64,000 nucleotides of DNA from Marsupella aquatica (Eukaryota > Plantae > Marchantiophyta): assembly GCA_973895155.1 (NCBI GenBank), contig OZ316896.1, positions 15,996,576 to 16,060,575 on the forward strand, written 5' to 3'. Of this stretch, positions 35,303-46,086 are shown piece after piece. Each line of letters opens with the position of its first letter. The first letter of the stretch is position 1. The position numbers and the translations under genes are program-made. Below the pieces are notes generated by a model. That model did no database searches and had not been told where the DNA came from. It worked only from the letters and a program-made list of their open reading frames with translations.

Positions 35303-37417
35303 ATGGAGGCTGGGCCACAGGTATGGGGAGAATCGGGAGCAGGAAGGCATTCTCGAAGTAACAGCAACATTCAACCTCCATGGGAATGTGACCTATCCAC
35401 AGCAGCATTGAGCCCTTCCATAGCGAGCAGTAATATCCCTCTGGACACTTCTCCGTCGCAGCACCACGACAATGGTATAAGCAATAGTGGAGGCTATGGT
35501 GGTGTTTCGTATTTAGACAGTAGTTCTCTTCCTCCGTCTCCTCTGGAAAATCTGTACCGAAGAACGGCATCCTTTTCCAATTCTCGCTCACTCTCTACCT
35601 CGCCTGCCCAGCAGGAATCTCCTAGCACGTCGAATGTTCTCAACCACCAGCATGGCCGTAGTTATTCTATCTCAGGCAGCGATGGAGTCAGAAGGCAATC
35701 CGTCTCAGGCCCTCTTCCAGCTCCAGACGAACAATCCCCCATGTCTTATCGTAGGCCGTCTCTTTCTGGCCCTCTTCCTTTCTCGTCTCAAAATCCTTAC
35801 GGCCTCGCCACCTTTGATAACCTTTCTCCGTGGAGCGAGTTTCACCACAGCAGAGGACCAAGTAACGGAGGATCGCCAAATCCTTACGTCAATCCATTCA
35901 GCCCGAATGGAAGCATTAGTGTGAGCAGCAGCAGTCTCAGCCCGACCAGCCTTCCCAGACCTCCGTCACATCACTCCAATGGCAATGACAGCCCCTCTCT
36001 TGCCAGCAAGGAGAAAGTGAGTAATGGTTTTCATGGCGACGTATCTCCAAGAGGGCCTCCGGTGAGACAACTCTATGGTCATAGTAATCGTCCAGCTGAC
36101 CCATTTGCCACTCATGTGGGCTCATCTCTCCCCCCTTCTCCCTCTTCCCCATCAACAGACGAGCAGTGGGCGTCCTTCCCCAGCAGCAACAACAGCACCT
36201 CCTCCAGAACCCCAAATGGAAAGCCCCTGGCCAACGGTCTCTCGCAAAGGACTCATGGCAGATCTCCCGGGGTCCATATGAATGGTGGGTCTGGAGGAGG
36301 TGAAAATGGAGGAGCCGGTACTAAAGTGAGTCCGAATCTGTCCAGGAGCAGCAGTGTACATAATGGTGCGTTTCAAAACAACAATGGTGCCAAGGGTGGT
36401 ATTCTTCCTTTCAACACCCGAGGTACGCTCAATAGGAGTATCTCCTGCAATGGTGCAGATGACTTAGCTCGAAAATTTTCCAAAGGAAGGGGTGGACTAG
36501 GAGAAGGGGTAGTGGAAACTCTCGTTGCCCAGCTGGTATTTGCCAAGGAGAAGCCCAGCATGCTTGCGGATATGATATTCTGCCCTTCCAAGCTCTCTAG
36601 TAGCACGGCATTCAACTACTCCAAGGGCCCGTTTGCATATGCCCGGGATCTCGTAGAACGGATCCTCCTTGCGCAAGTTCATGCCCTGACTCCTTCGTTT
36701 AAGAACATGGCTCAGAAGTCAGGCGAGTTCGAGGAGGCCACGTGGGCATTGAGTCCATTCAAGATTGTCAACGTAGAGGAGCGGTTTCCCAACGAGGGGT
36801 ACCGTCTTCTCCGTTTGCAAACTCAGTTTGTGGAAGCCGGGCTAGAAACCTTTGACATGCTTTGTAGTGTTCGGAAGCAATTTCCTTCTCTGTTGACATC
36901 AACGGCAAATGATCAGAGAGGAGTAGGAGCAGGTGGTGTGAATACTGCAGGATTGCTCCGTATTGCTTGCTTTGGGGGAGGTCCAGGATGCGAGGCACTT
37001 GCCATTCGTCTCTTCTTCATGAGACTGCTTCCGCCACAAGTCCAAATGCAGGTCGATATTTTCGATCGAAGGGAGAGATGGAAGGAGATCGTTGAGAATA
37101 TCTCTTTGAAGGGTGTCGGGTTGCTGACGGTCGACCTGTTCGATGTAGTCGTCCATCCAACAGGGTTGAGACAATACCGAGTTCTGTTTTTTATTGACAG
37201 CTTAGGCAGAGTCATGAAGACTCATGGGAACGCTTGGAAGAGCCACAATTGGGCCGAGTTCTGGAGTACCTTGTTTCGAAATACGAGTCCGGGGGTGTTG
37301 GTGATTATCCACGAGACGGGCTGTCCGTGGGAGGAAATGAAACCCAAGAAAGGCTCCAATTGGTGGTGCTCGTCACTGGCGGAACAAGAGCTGGTCCACA
37401 TCGTTCGGAAGATGTGA
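35303..37417 (+). CDS. Uncharacterised intronless ~704-aa protein: Ser/Pro/Asn/Gly-rich disordered N-terminal ~400 aa plus a C-terminal class I SAM-dependent methyltransferase-like domain
   Basis: 2.1-kb open frame (first ATG 35303). LRIACFGGGPGCEALAI fits motif I, QVDIFDRRERW the acidic end of beta2, followed by LLTVDL, VLFFIDSL and PGVLVIIHE. Confidence 0.8.
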   Translation: MEAGPQVWGESGAGRHSRSNSNIQPPWECDLSTAALSPSIASSNIPLDTSPSQHHDNGISNSGGYGGVSYLDSSSLPPSPLENLYRRTASFSNSRSLSTSPAQQESPSTSNVLNHQHGRSYSISGSDGVRRQSVSGPLPAPDEQSPMSYRRPSLSGPLPFSSQNPYGLATFDNLSPWSEFHHSRGPSNGGSPNPYVNPFSPNGSISVSSSSLSPTSLPRPPSHHSNGNDSPSLASKEKVSNGFHGDVSPRGPPVRQLYGHSNRPADPFATHVGSSLPPSPSSPSTDEQWASFPSSNNSTSSRTPNGKPLANGLSQRTHGRSPGVHMNGGSGGGENGGAGTKVSPNLSRSSSVHNGAFQNNNGAKGGILPFNTRGTLNRSISCNGADDLARKFSKGRGGLGEGVVETLVAQLVFAKEKPSMLADMIFCPSKLSSSTAFNYSKGPFAYARDLVERILLAQVHALTPSFKNMAQKSGEFEEATWALSPFKIVNVEERFPNEGYRLLRLQTQFVEAGLETFDMLCSVRKQFPSLLTSTANDQRGVGAGGVNTAGLLRIACFGGGPGCEALAIRLFFMRLLPPQVQMQVDIFDRRERWKEIVENISLKGVGLLTVDLFDVVVHPTGLRQYRVLFFIDSLGRVMKTHGNAWKSHNWAEFWSTLFRNTSPGVLVIIHETGCPWEEMKPKKGSNWWCSSLAEQELVHIVRKM

Positions 37418-38703
37418 TTTGGCTTCAGAATACGATCCATTATACAAATTCTTAACTCGAGATTGCCTACACGCTTCCTTGCGCACAGAGTGCTCTCAAT
37501 GTCGAGACAATGCACAGCTTGGGATTATTTTGTGAGAGCTCGAAATCCTCTGAGGAAAGAATATGCGCCGGACTTTTGGATGCCGTCGCAAACTCAAGTG
37601 ATGGGCTTTCCCAGAAATTACTCAAAGGAGCTCACAAAGGAGATCTTTCACCGTGCCGTGATTGGCCAGTGACTCGTCTGAAAGATCCATCAATCTGCTT
37701 CTCTGCTGATGTCTTTTGTTTCCCTCAAGTGCACCGTACATCAATTTTTTTCGTTGCGGACCTACAGTTGCCTTGTGCCATGGCACTGTCTGATAGGTGG
37801 CGTTGGGGCGTTAGTGATTTGCTCCTTTGGGGTAGTTTAGAGAATAACTACATCAAGGAGATTCGATGAGCAGCGGCCGTAGCGAAAGATCTACAGAGTT
37901 CCAGAAGTCTTAACATCGGAATTCAAACAATTCTGCTGGCAAGCAGGGAACTGCAGCTATGGGCTCGTCACAGTCGATGGATGGGTGTTTCAGAGGTGAT
38001 TGTATAATTATTACTGTGATTCCAATTCTGTGCCTGGTTGATTTTACAACGAGTTTGTACTTTGTAATCTGCTCTCAATTCCAAATTTTGCTTTCATTTG
38101 TTTAGTTTGTGATGGAATTGTCTGCTGTACGTTTACCGACAATCCAGACCTTTCTAGTTTGAGTTCTCTAATTGAAGAAGTGGCCGCGTGGGAGTGGACC
38201 CTACGAAAATACGACAGTTTGCATAGTTCAGTCACCACTTCACCTAAATGATTGGTCTTTTCTTTGTTCTATTATGTCCAGCTGTCTTCTACTGCTTCGA
38301 TTAATTGCAGCTTGGCCCACCTGATCGGTGGTCCCCTTGGACTGGGAAGCGAGGGTGTTCTTAGTCTCATAGACCTAATCTATATGTCAATTATTCATTC
38401 ATTTGCTTCTGCCTGGCCCGTCATAAAGATCACAGTTGCAACATGTGGGAATTGTCGTGTGTTGCAAGTGCATCTGTGGTTACGGCACCCAAAGTTTCGC
38501 CGGCCCTACCGAATTCTGTCAACGATAAATACCCTCGTTCGGCTGTCCAGTCCATCTAGACGACATTTAGTTTCATGTCCGACACGCGTGAACGAACAAG
38601 ATTTGTTTTTTTCTATCCCGGTATTAGATTCGTTCGTATGAAAGCCGAGACTTAGATAGCCAGGTTCTCACGAGGAACGACCAAGAGAATTCGAAGAGGT
38701 GTG

Positions 38704-38766
38704 ACCTTCTGAGCTCCGACCTCGTCCTTCTGAGAACCCTGAGCTCCGACCTCGTCCTTCTGAGCT
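38704..38766. repeat. Short tandem duplication CTGAGCTCCGACCTCGTCCTTCTGAG x2
   Basis: Direct repeat with ~31-bp period. Confidence 0.85.
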
Positions 38767-41040
38767 AACCCTTGTGGACGATCAGAGGGAGTTTGTTGCC
38801 CTCGTGCACCTACCCGATGCCGAAATCTACTACTCTAGCAGTTCCACAACATTGATGATAACTTCAATCTACTCTTCCTGTTCTCTCTCTACATAATTAG
38901 TGGAGGTGTAACTTATTCACATTCAATATAACAACCCATGGTTCGCAAAGCCGGTTGTATCGTCTCTCTTCGTTGGGTGCTCTCTAGTTGATAATCCTTA
39001 CGCAAAGCATCACGTAACACTGTCGAAAGAGATTTCGATCTCTCGTGCACAGGTCATGACTTCCCATATCCCGCATTCTTTTGTCCTGCACTCTGTCCAA
39101 TAACCTATTTCACACACCTAAATATGAAAAATTGAACTCACTTCCTGTAGTCCTGGAAGTCTTGTACGGTTTGTCGATCGGACTTGGTGGAGTTTCAATT
39201 CCGATTTGTTCAATGCCTGAGGACCCGGCGTTGATGACACGCGATTGATCTTCCATGAGGTAAGTTTCTCATAGATTCGGTTCTTGCGCCTGCGGAAGTA
39301 CAGCTGCTGCTCCGGCTGACGTCGACATTCATTGAAGTTTTTCTTTTGTAAGTTGGTAGGAGCACCTGTTGTGATTGACACGCAGCGGAGGAGATAAACT
39401 GCGCGATGACTTTCTCAGACGCCTAGGCATGACAGTACAACCTGCTGCTGAGAAAAGATTTCAACGGAGAAGGAAGATCCTTCCTCGAGAAAGAACTCTC
39501 TCCCTCACTTCCTTGGAACAGCATATTGTCACGATATGCGACGCAACTATCATGAACAGAATTCACTACAGGGAAAAGGCCCCTTTGCCTTCTCCGTTGC
39601 TTGCTATTGAATCATAACTTTCCTCCAGGCTGCGACCCGAGATCCGCGCGACATACGTACGTACTCTCACCACATGAGATTTTGTGTGCAAACAAACCAC
39701 CATGGTCTTCGTGTCGTGATCTCCTTCAGTCCGGCCGCACACCATTTACACCCCAGACACACCCCACGAATACGAGATTGATGAATAGATCTTCAATGTC
39801 GATGGATCGATTGATTGGAGTGTATAGATCACGGGTTTAGCAGGAGTCAAGTCTCCTCGCTGTACTACAGGACCCTAAGTGTGCTTCCTAGCTCTACGGT
39901 ACAGCCATGCTGCCTCTTCACATCACACAATCGATAATTCTACAACTTGGCTTGTAGAATTCAGTTCAGAACATTCCGCAAAATTTATACAGATTATATT
40001 CGGTATTCTGGATGTACGAAAAATCGCATTTGGAGTACTAGAAATGCACCCCGCCTTTGGATTAAAGCACTGTCCTTCAATTATTGTAGAAGGGGACGGC
40101 ATGGTTGTACTCAGCAACACTCACCAAGAAGTACTACCTCAATCTCCATCAGACCAGCTATCAGCCGTCCAGTAGCACAAGGTCCAGCGGAACATCATCT
40201 ACGGCATTAATTAATTACCTCAGTACTGATGGTCACATAGCCCATAGTGCTCGAGGTCTACTCAACTAATTGAATGTCTAAACCGATTATACAAGAACGG
40301 GAGCCCATAATGTCACACGTAGCTGGGTGGGCTAGTTTGGGTGTAAAAACGATGAAAAATGTTGCCACTAGGTTTTTAAAAGACGGTCAAAGTAATTCCC
40401 AAAGAGCTATCTGTGGTCAATTTACTAGATTACTGCAGTGGGGAGGCTTTCCCTTTGCCCTTCTTCTCAGTTAAGCCCATCAAGTCAAATATATCTCGAA
40501 CAGATATTATCAATATTCTAACATGTTTAGGAGTGTCAAATCGCCATGAGTGAGTGGACTTGGTGGGTGGCTACTGTGTCACGCATCTGCCAGAAGTCAA
40601 GAGCCTCCCTGCATCGTCAGAATGGGATTGATGAAGACCCGGGGAGAGATTCAGGGAACAGAGATCCAGATTAGGAATGGAGGGAGGAGGAACTGTCATA
40701 GAAGACATAGGTCGATTCACATGACGCTCGGGATATATTCCAGTTCCATTCACCTGGAGAAAGCTGAGGACGATTCTCAATGTCCAAATGGAGGAAGCTG
40801 GTTCAAAGCAAGGTGGCAGCCCACATCCTTGGGGCAGTGTCAGGTTCAACAAACACTGCCTCAAACTGGAACACCTAGTAGCTAGGCGATCCAGATAGGA
40901 CTGAATTGCCAAGATAATTAACTACAGTGGCGCGAGACCTTAGTTGGTATTTTTCTCGAGACGGAGTACAGTCATGACAGAGAGAGTCCTTGACTGTTGT
41001 CTAGGAGTTTTTTTTGCCTTGACAACCTAAAGCAGACGAA

Positions 41041-41280
41041 AATAGATGTTTCTCTGGAGCTTGCAATTCTATGTTGTGTAGCCACAAAGGGACAAATACC
41101 CGGGGATCCGTCTTTCTCTCGAGCTTGCAATTCTATGTTGGGTAGCCACAAGGGGACAAATACCCGGGGATCCCACAGGGACCAGACCAGGATAGATGTT
41201 TTGCTCTGGAGCTTACAATTCTATGCTGGGTAGCCACAACGGGGCAAATACCCAGGGATCCTACAAGGACCAGACCAGGA
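41041..41280. repeat. Three diverged tandem copies of a ~60-90-bp unit (GAGCTTGCAATTCTATGTTGGGTAGCCACAA.GGG.CAAATACCC.GGGATCC), the presumed 3' portion of the SINE-like element
   Basis: Copies near 41057, 41121 and 41209. Confidence 0.85.
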
Positions 41281-41470
41281 AGGAGAGAGGATTAAAACCA
41301 GGGCCCCAAAGCCAGCCAACCAAGGGCTGAGGAGATAATCAATACTCACATCACTACACCCCACCCCCACACACACATATACCCTCCCACACCCCTTGAG
41401 TGTGGAGGGAGGATTGAACCTGGGCCTCTGGGTTCTAGGTTCATCCATTGGCCAATTGACCAAAGCCAGA
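41220..41470 (-). mobile_element. tRNA-derived SINE-like repeat, copy 2
   Basis: Minus-strand A-box TGGTCAATTGG (plus 41452-41462) and B-box GGTTCAATCC (plus 41411-41420), ~31 bp apart. The body is homologous to 7410-7700. Confidence 0.6.
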
Positions 41471-44400
41471 GATGGATTTTTGACTAAGTGAACCCCCAGG
41501 CCAGGATAAGATCTACCAGTCATCCCACCACGGAATATCATTGCAATTTACAATGTATATCAAATAGGGGATAGATAGGTATTTGGCTTTGGGACCAGCT
41601 ATCGAAACGCATGTTGGGTCCTACCATCAGTCCTACCGTTTGCTAGTGTTGCAGAAAGTGTGTGCCCTTTGCTCGTACTTCGAGAAGGGCATATACTACA
41701 CCTTTGTTTCTTCTATTAATTGAATCAGAGCTAGAGTAGTTTAGCTACTGTAGCTGGCGAGTTAGATTATTGATGTACCTTTGATGATGACTCCAGGGTC
41801 ATCACATAGCGAGAGAGCTTTACAGCTTTTCCAGGACATCGTTGCCAACGAGTTTCGGCTGAGATAGATACTTGTACTACTGCAATTTCCGTTAGTCCCA
41901 ACTTACCGTGCCTGAATGACCTGGACGGATGCGCCATAGCTCATTACAATGGAGAGAAGTGTAAAAGTGGGAAAGCGACCTGGTGGGACTAGCGAGGAAG
42001 TACCAGGTAAACAAAAAAAGTGCGAAATGGACTAACTTATTGATGGTAACTCTTCTACCAAATAGAACAAATAAGTTTACAGACCCCACTTTGAGAGCTT
42101 TCCGGGTTCTTCATGATTGTAAAGCAATCTGGATACGTGGAAAGATTCTTATATCGATTGGAGAGATACATTGATTGAATAGATGTAGGTGTCAATTTGA
42201 ATCACACGAGCCTACCCAATGGGCATGGGGACTAAGAGGAAGTTAATGTCAGTAAGAACTTTGAGTTTTCATTGTCGTATTAAATGTAGAGGCTATAGTA
42301 TCCCAAATTTCAATCGTACCGTGGGATCAATGAAACGTTCAATTATACCGTAGTCAGTGTAACTAAAGACTTCGCTGAATTGACCTGCCTTCGGATAGAC
42401 CTGTCACAAAACTAGTGGATCGATGATCTAGTGATTTGACTAATTCACCAAAGACAATCTCAGACAAGGATCGAAATGCAGCCGCAGCGAAACCATGGTT
42501 TTCGTTTATAGTTATGTACGATCGATTGTGCTACTTCAAGGAGATTAACGTTCTTAGGTTATCACCGATGAAGTAATTGCCAGATGATTCACCTTCCTAA
42601 AAATGATACGAGAAAGATCCTCGATGAACATGCATTAGCAGGAATCCATTTTAGTTGTGGTTATCGTTTGACTTGAAATTAAGTTGATCGCAAAACTGTC
42701 TCTACAACATATAGTTGAATATGTGACTTAATTACGGCTTGTGAGTGGTTGCAGACTGACTTCCCACTACCAATTTCGACTACGAGAAGATTTCTTCCAA
42801 TGAGCAGAGTTTGCAATGAATACATTATCTTTCAGTAAGGATGGTTACTGCCACAGACTTTAAAAGATTGAAGTAAATTTTGAAACCGTCCGCTAACCAT
42901 TGCAGGGGAGCCTATGGATCAGCTAAAACGCTCTGATACGCGTACGTTACAAGAAGACGTAAAGTTACGGCATCGTCGTTATCATTCTACAGTATTGCAG
43001 GTAGGTAGCACATAGCTATCGTACTGGACTTCTGGCTTGTTTCAGTAATGTTGTTAGTCCCCTTCAGGTACAGTAATTACACGAATTGCACAAATTTATC
43101 AGGGCCGATATCTTAGGTACCGTCGCGACGCCACGTGCATTGAGACAGGAAATAGTACCGCGCTATCCCTGGAGCGCAGAGCCGCAGACAGCCTAGATAT
43201 TGTTCGCAGACCACGGAAGTCATTCAACTCCCTATCTCACTGTCTACCAATGCTCTCCCAATAAGTTCGTTAGAGTCATCGATCCCTAGCTCTCGAAGGC
43301 AGAAACCCGCATTGCAACTCTATGCTCGTCATTCTTCTGTACCCCCATCCTTCGCTTGCATTGTTGTAACAAATTTTCCGCTCAGAAACTGCAGCTAACA
43401 CCACTTTAGGGTCGGTCATCACTTAACCTGAACACATTCATCTTGGACGTGACCAAAAATTTAACCGAAATTTCGATACAATTGCGGCATAAATTTACTA
43501 CCCAATGACCAATGTGCAAAGCCAACACATTCATTGTAATTGTCAGGTTTGTGGAAAATGCATTTTTTCTTCTCGTATCTGAGAAATGACTAGACTTAAA
43601 GTCACTCAGGCTGATGATATCAATACATCTATGAGGCAAGCAAGAAACTACAGTACATTTGGCCCAAGGTTTATGGCGAGTGAGGGATACTACAGGTAGC
43701 TAGGAGGGGTCGTTAAATGAATATATAGATATGAGTCACATTGATGACAGCGGGAACAGAACGAAAGAAGATGTCCATTCTTTTTCCATGTCTGACCCCA
43801 ACTTTCTATTGTATCCTAGGACGAAAGTTTGCAAAGCTTGCAACTCGAAAACAATTCATTACTAAACATTTTGAGGTAGGCACATTTATTCATTCATTCA
43901 TTGCAGTACGTGTACATCATTCGGCAAGAATTCTGTGGCATGAATGAGCCGGGTGACAGGATCCCACTTGCGGCCATCCAATCGGAGCTCAGTTCTTCCC
44001 ATTATTTAGTTTTTTCAAACCACAAGTTGCCAATCAAGCTGATCCCATCCAGCGAGAGGAGCAATCTTCTACCACATTTTCGTCCCCATCTATTTCAATC
44101 GATTGATCATTCATGCAAGCCTACAATTTCCGACACTGGAAAATTGATGTACAACCCCATAAGAATTTGTATGATGACGTTGGCTCGTCGATCTCCACGA
44201 TTTCCTGCCTTTTGGAATCATACATGGGCTCACACGGTGATCACACTGGATCTTGTCAAGTGGGCATTAGATATTTTCTGACCGGCTTATGACATTCTAC
44301 TTATTTGACTGCTTCTGCACAGCATCAGTCTCACTACTGTTGGGCTACAGTTTTCATCGTGCGCTCAGTATCTGTAAGTTATAATTCACAGGACAGTCTT

Positions 44401-46086
44401 CGCCATTCATGTGTTTCTCCCCGCTGCAGTTGTGATTCGAGCACTGTAGTACGGTAAATCACTGTCAGGAGGCCGGGCAGACGGACGGTGTACGGAACAA
44501 CCGACCATCCAAGATCCCAAACACGGTGCATAACACAAAGGAGAGGAGCACCGGGAGTCCGGGACCCACCGACAGATTTACTTAAAGATGGTTCTCTAAT
44601 CAGCGTCATGAACTATCGGTACAGTATATGAACTGGGAAAAGTGAAGTGCAGTCCTGTGTAATGCAGGTCAGTCCCTGCAAGCGTGAAGAAGCAATACCT
44701 ACCAAAAGGGTACAGTACCTTAATTTTACGAATCGGATCGGAACTTGGTGTTCAGATAAGAATCATTGCATGGTGTAGACGAGGGTCCAGCTTGGAGATG
44801 ATCAGTGATCCAGATTGTGGCTCAATGTGCAGGCCCTTAACATCAATTTGCAGGCAAATGCACAAGACATACGACAGTCGAGAGCTACATATACATGTCT
44901 GCACACCATGGGAACACGAGCATCTGAAATGTAGCTCCATCCCGAGTTCCAACTATATCGTCCTCCATGATAGCTGGAATTCTGGATCTTACTGAACCGG
45001 TTTATTTACCTCATGAATCCCTCCACTAGTAGATTATACAAATCGCAAATCCGATACTTTCAAGTGCATTGTTCTAGTTAAAAACTCATATTAAATAGGT
45101 AACAAAAAAGACCAAGCATCATTTTCGCAGATTTTCGAATTTGATGGTCCGATAGCCATATTCAGAATCAAGAAAAATTCAGATAAGCTGTGTCCTCTGA
45201 ACTGCCAGACTAGTAAAACACACTAATCTCAACACGGACTGGGCTTCATTTTCAGTATCTCCTGCCTTGGAACCCACCATTTCGACGCAGATTTTCAAAT
45301 CAGTGTCGTTGCTACTTCACAATCTAGGACTTGTAATCTGTCTTTTCGAAGGCTGATTGATTGGATTTGGGCTTTCTTGCAATGGCTCTCCTTGTGAAGA
45401 TTTAGGCTTCAGGAACCTACAACACCTTTCTTGTCACAAATTATGTCTCTGCTAATGGATGTGTTGCTAACGAATTGAGGCAGGGTTCATGTCCGTCAGG
45501 GTCATGTTCTGGTTTAGAGTTCCCCCTCGGAAGTTTCTTCCTCCCAAGAAACTGTACAAAATGAGTAATACACCAGTTACTTTCTTTGTGCAATTAAATA
45601 TGACATAATGGGGGTGCAAGCTCTCGCGGTGTAAGTATAGAAGATGAAGAGAATGAAGGAAAGAATGAATCTTATACGCCAAGCATCTCTTTTGGGGTGT
45701 TTGACATCCAACTCCCATCCCCTTACTTCGATCTCCATATCAGGTCAGCTATATTGTCCACTCCCACAATGAAGCAAAAAGTCCAAATCACAGAGTTCTT
45801 TGAAGCTGAAATCCTGGACCAAATCTGCTATAATATACAATAATATGAGGGAGATTCCAATTTCTCCATAATAGAATACAAATTGCCTGCCTATCCCTAA
45901 ATCCAACAGGGATTAATGCTAGAGAGCATAGAGCATACCTCAAGGGACAGAACACAGGACAGCCAACATTCCGAGAGGCATTCACAAGTATCCGGAAATG
46001 AGCCCTCCAGTACTAACACTGGTATGTCACTGGGAGACAATTCTGTGACTAATTATCACAAAACCCGTTTCACTAAATCTCGATTA

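Noticed and set aside
39151-39620. Exon-like segment with acceptor ~39150 and donor ~39260, plus nearby short ORFs
   Set aside because: In-frame stops and no recognisable protein motif, so I cannot support a gene or pseudogene call.
41041-41280. CRISPR-like appearance of repeat clusters (also 21250-21725, 52063-52163, 61550-61770)
   Set aside because: The units are contiguous and degenerate with no unique spacers and no cas genes, in a eukaryotic context.
41400-41470. Functional tRNA gene
   Set aside because: A/B boxes are present, but I cannot fold acceptor and anticodon stems, and the flanking body is shared with a dispersed repeat.
38000-46000. Many 60-130 aa ORFs in the long region between the methyltransferase-like and DUF2358 genes
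   Set aside because: Mostly non-ATG starts, no recognisable domains and no consistent exon chain. An unseen lncRNA or decayed gene cannot be excluded.
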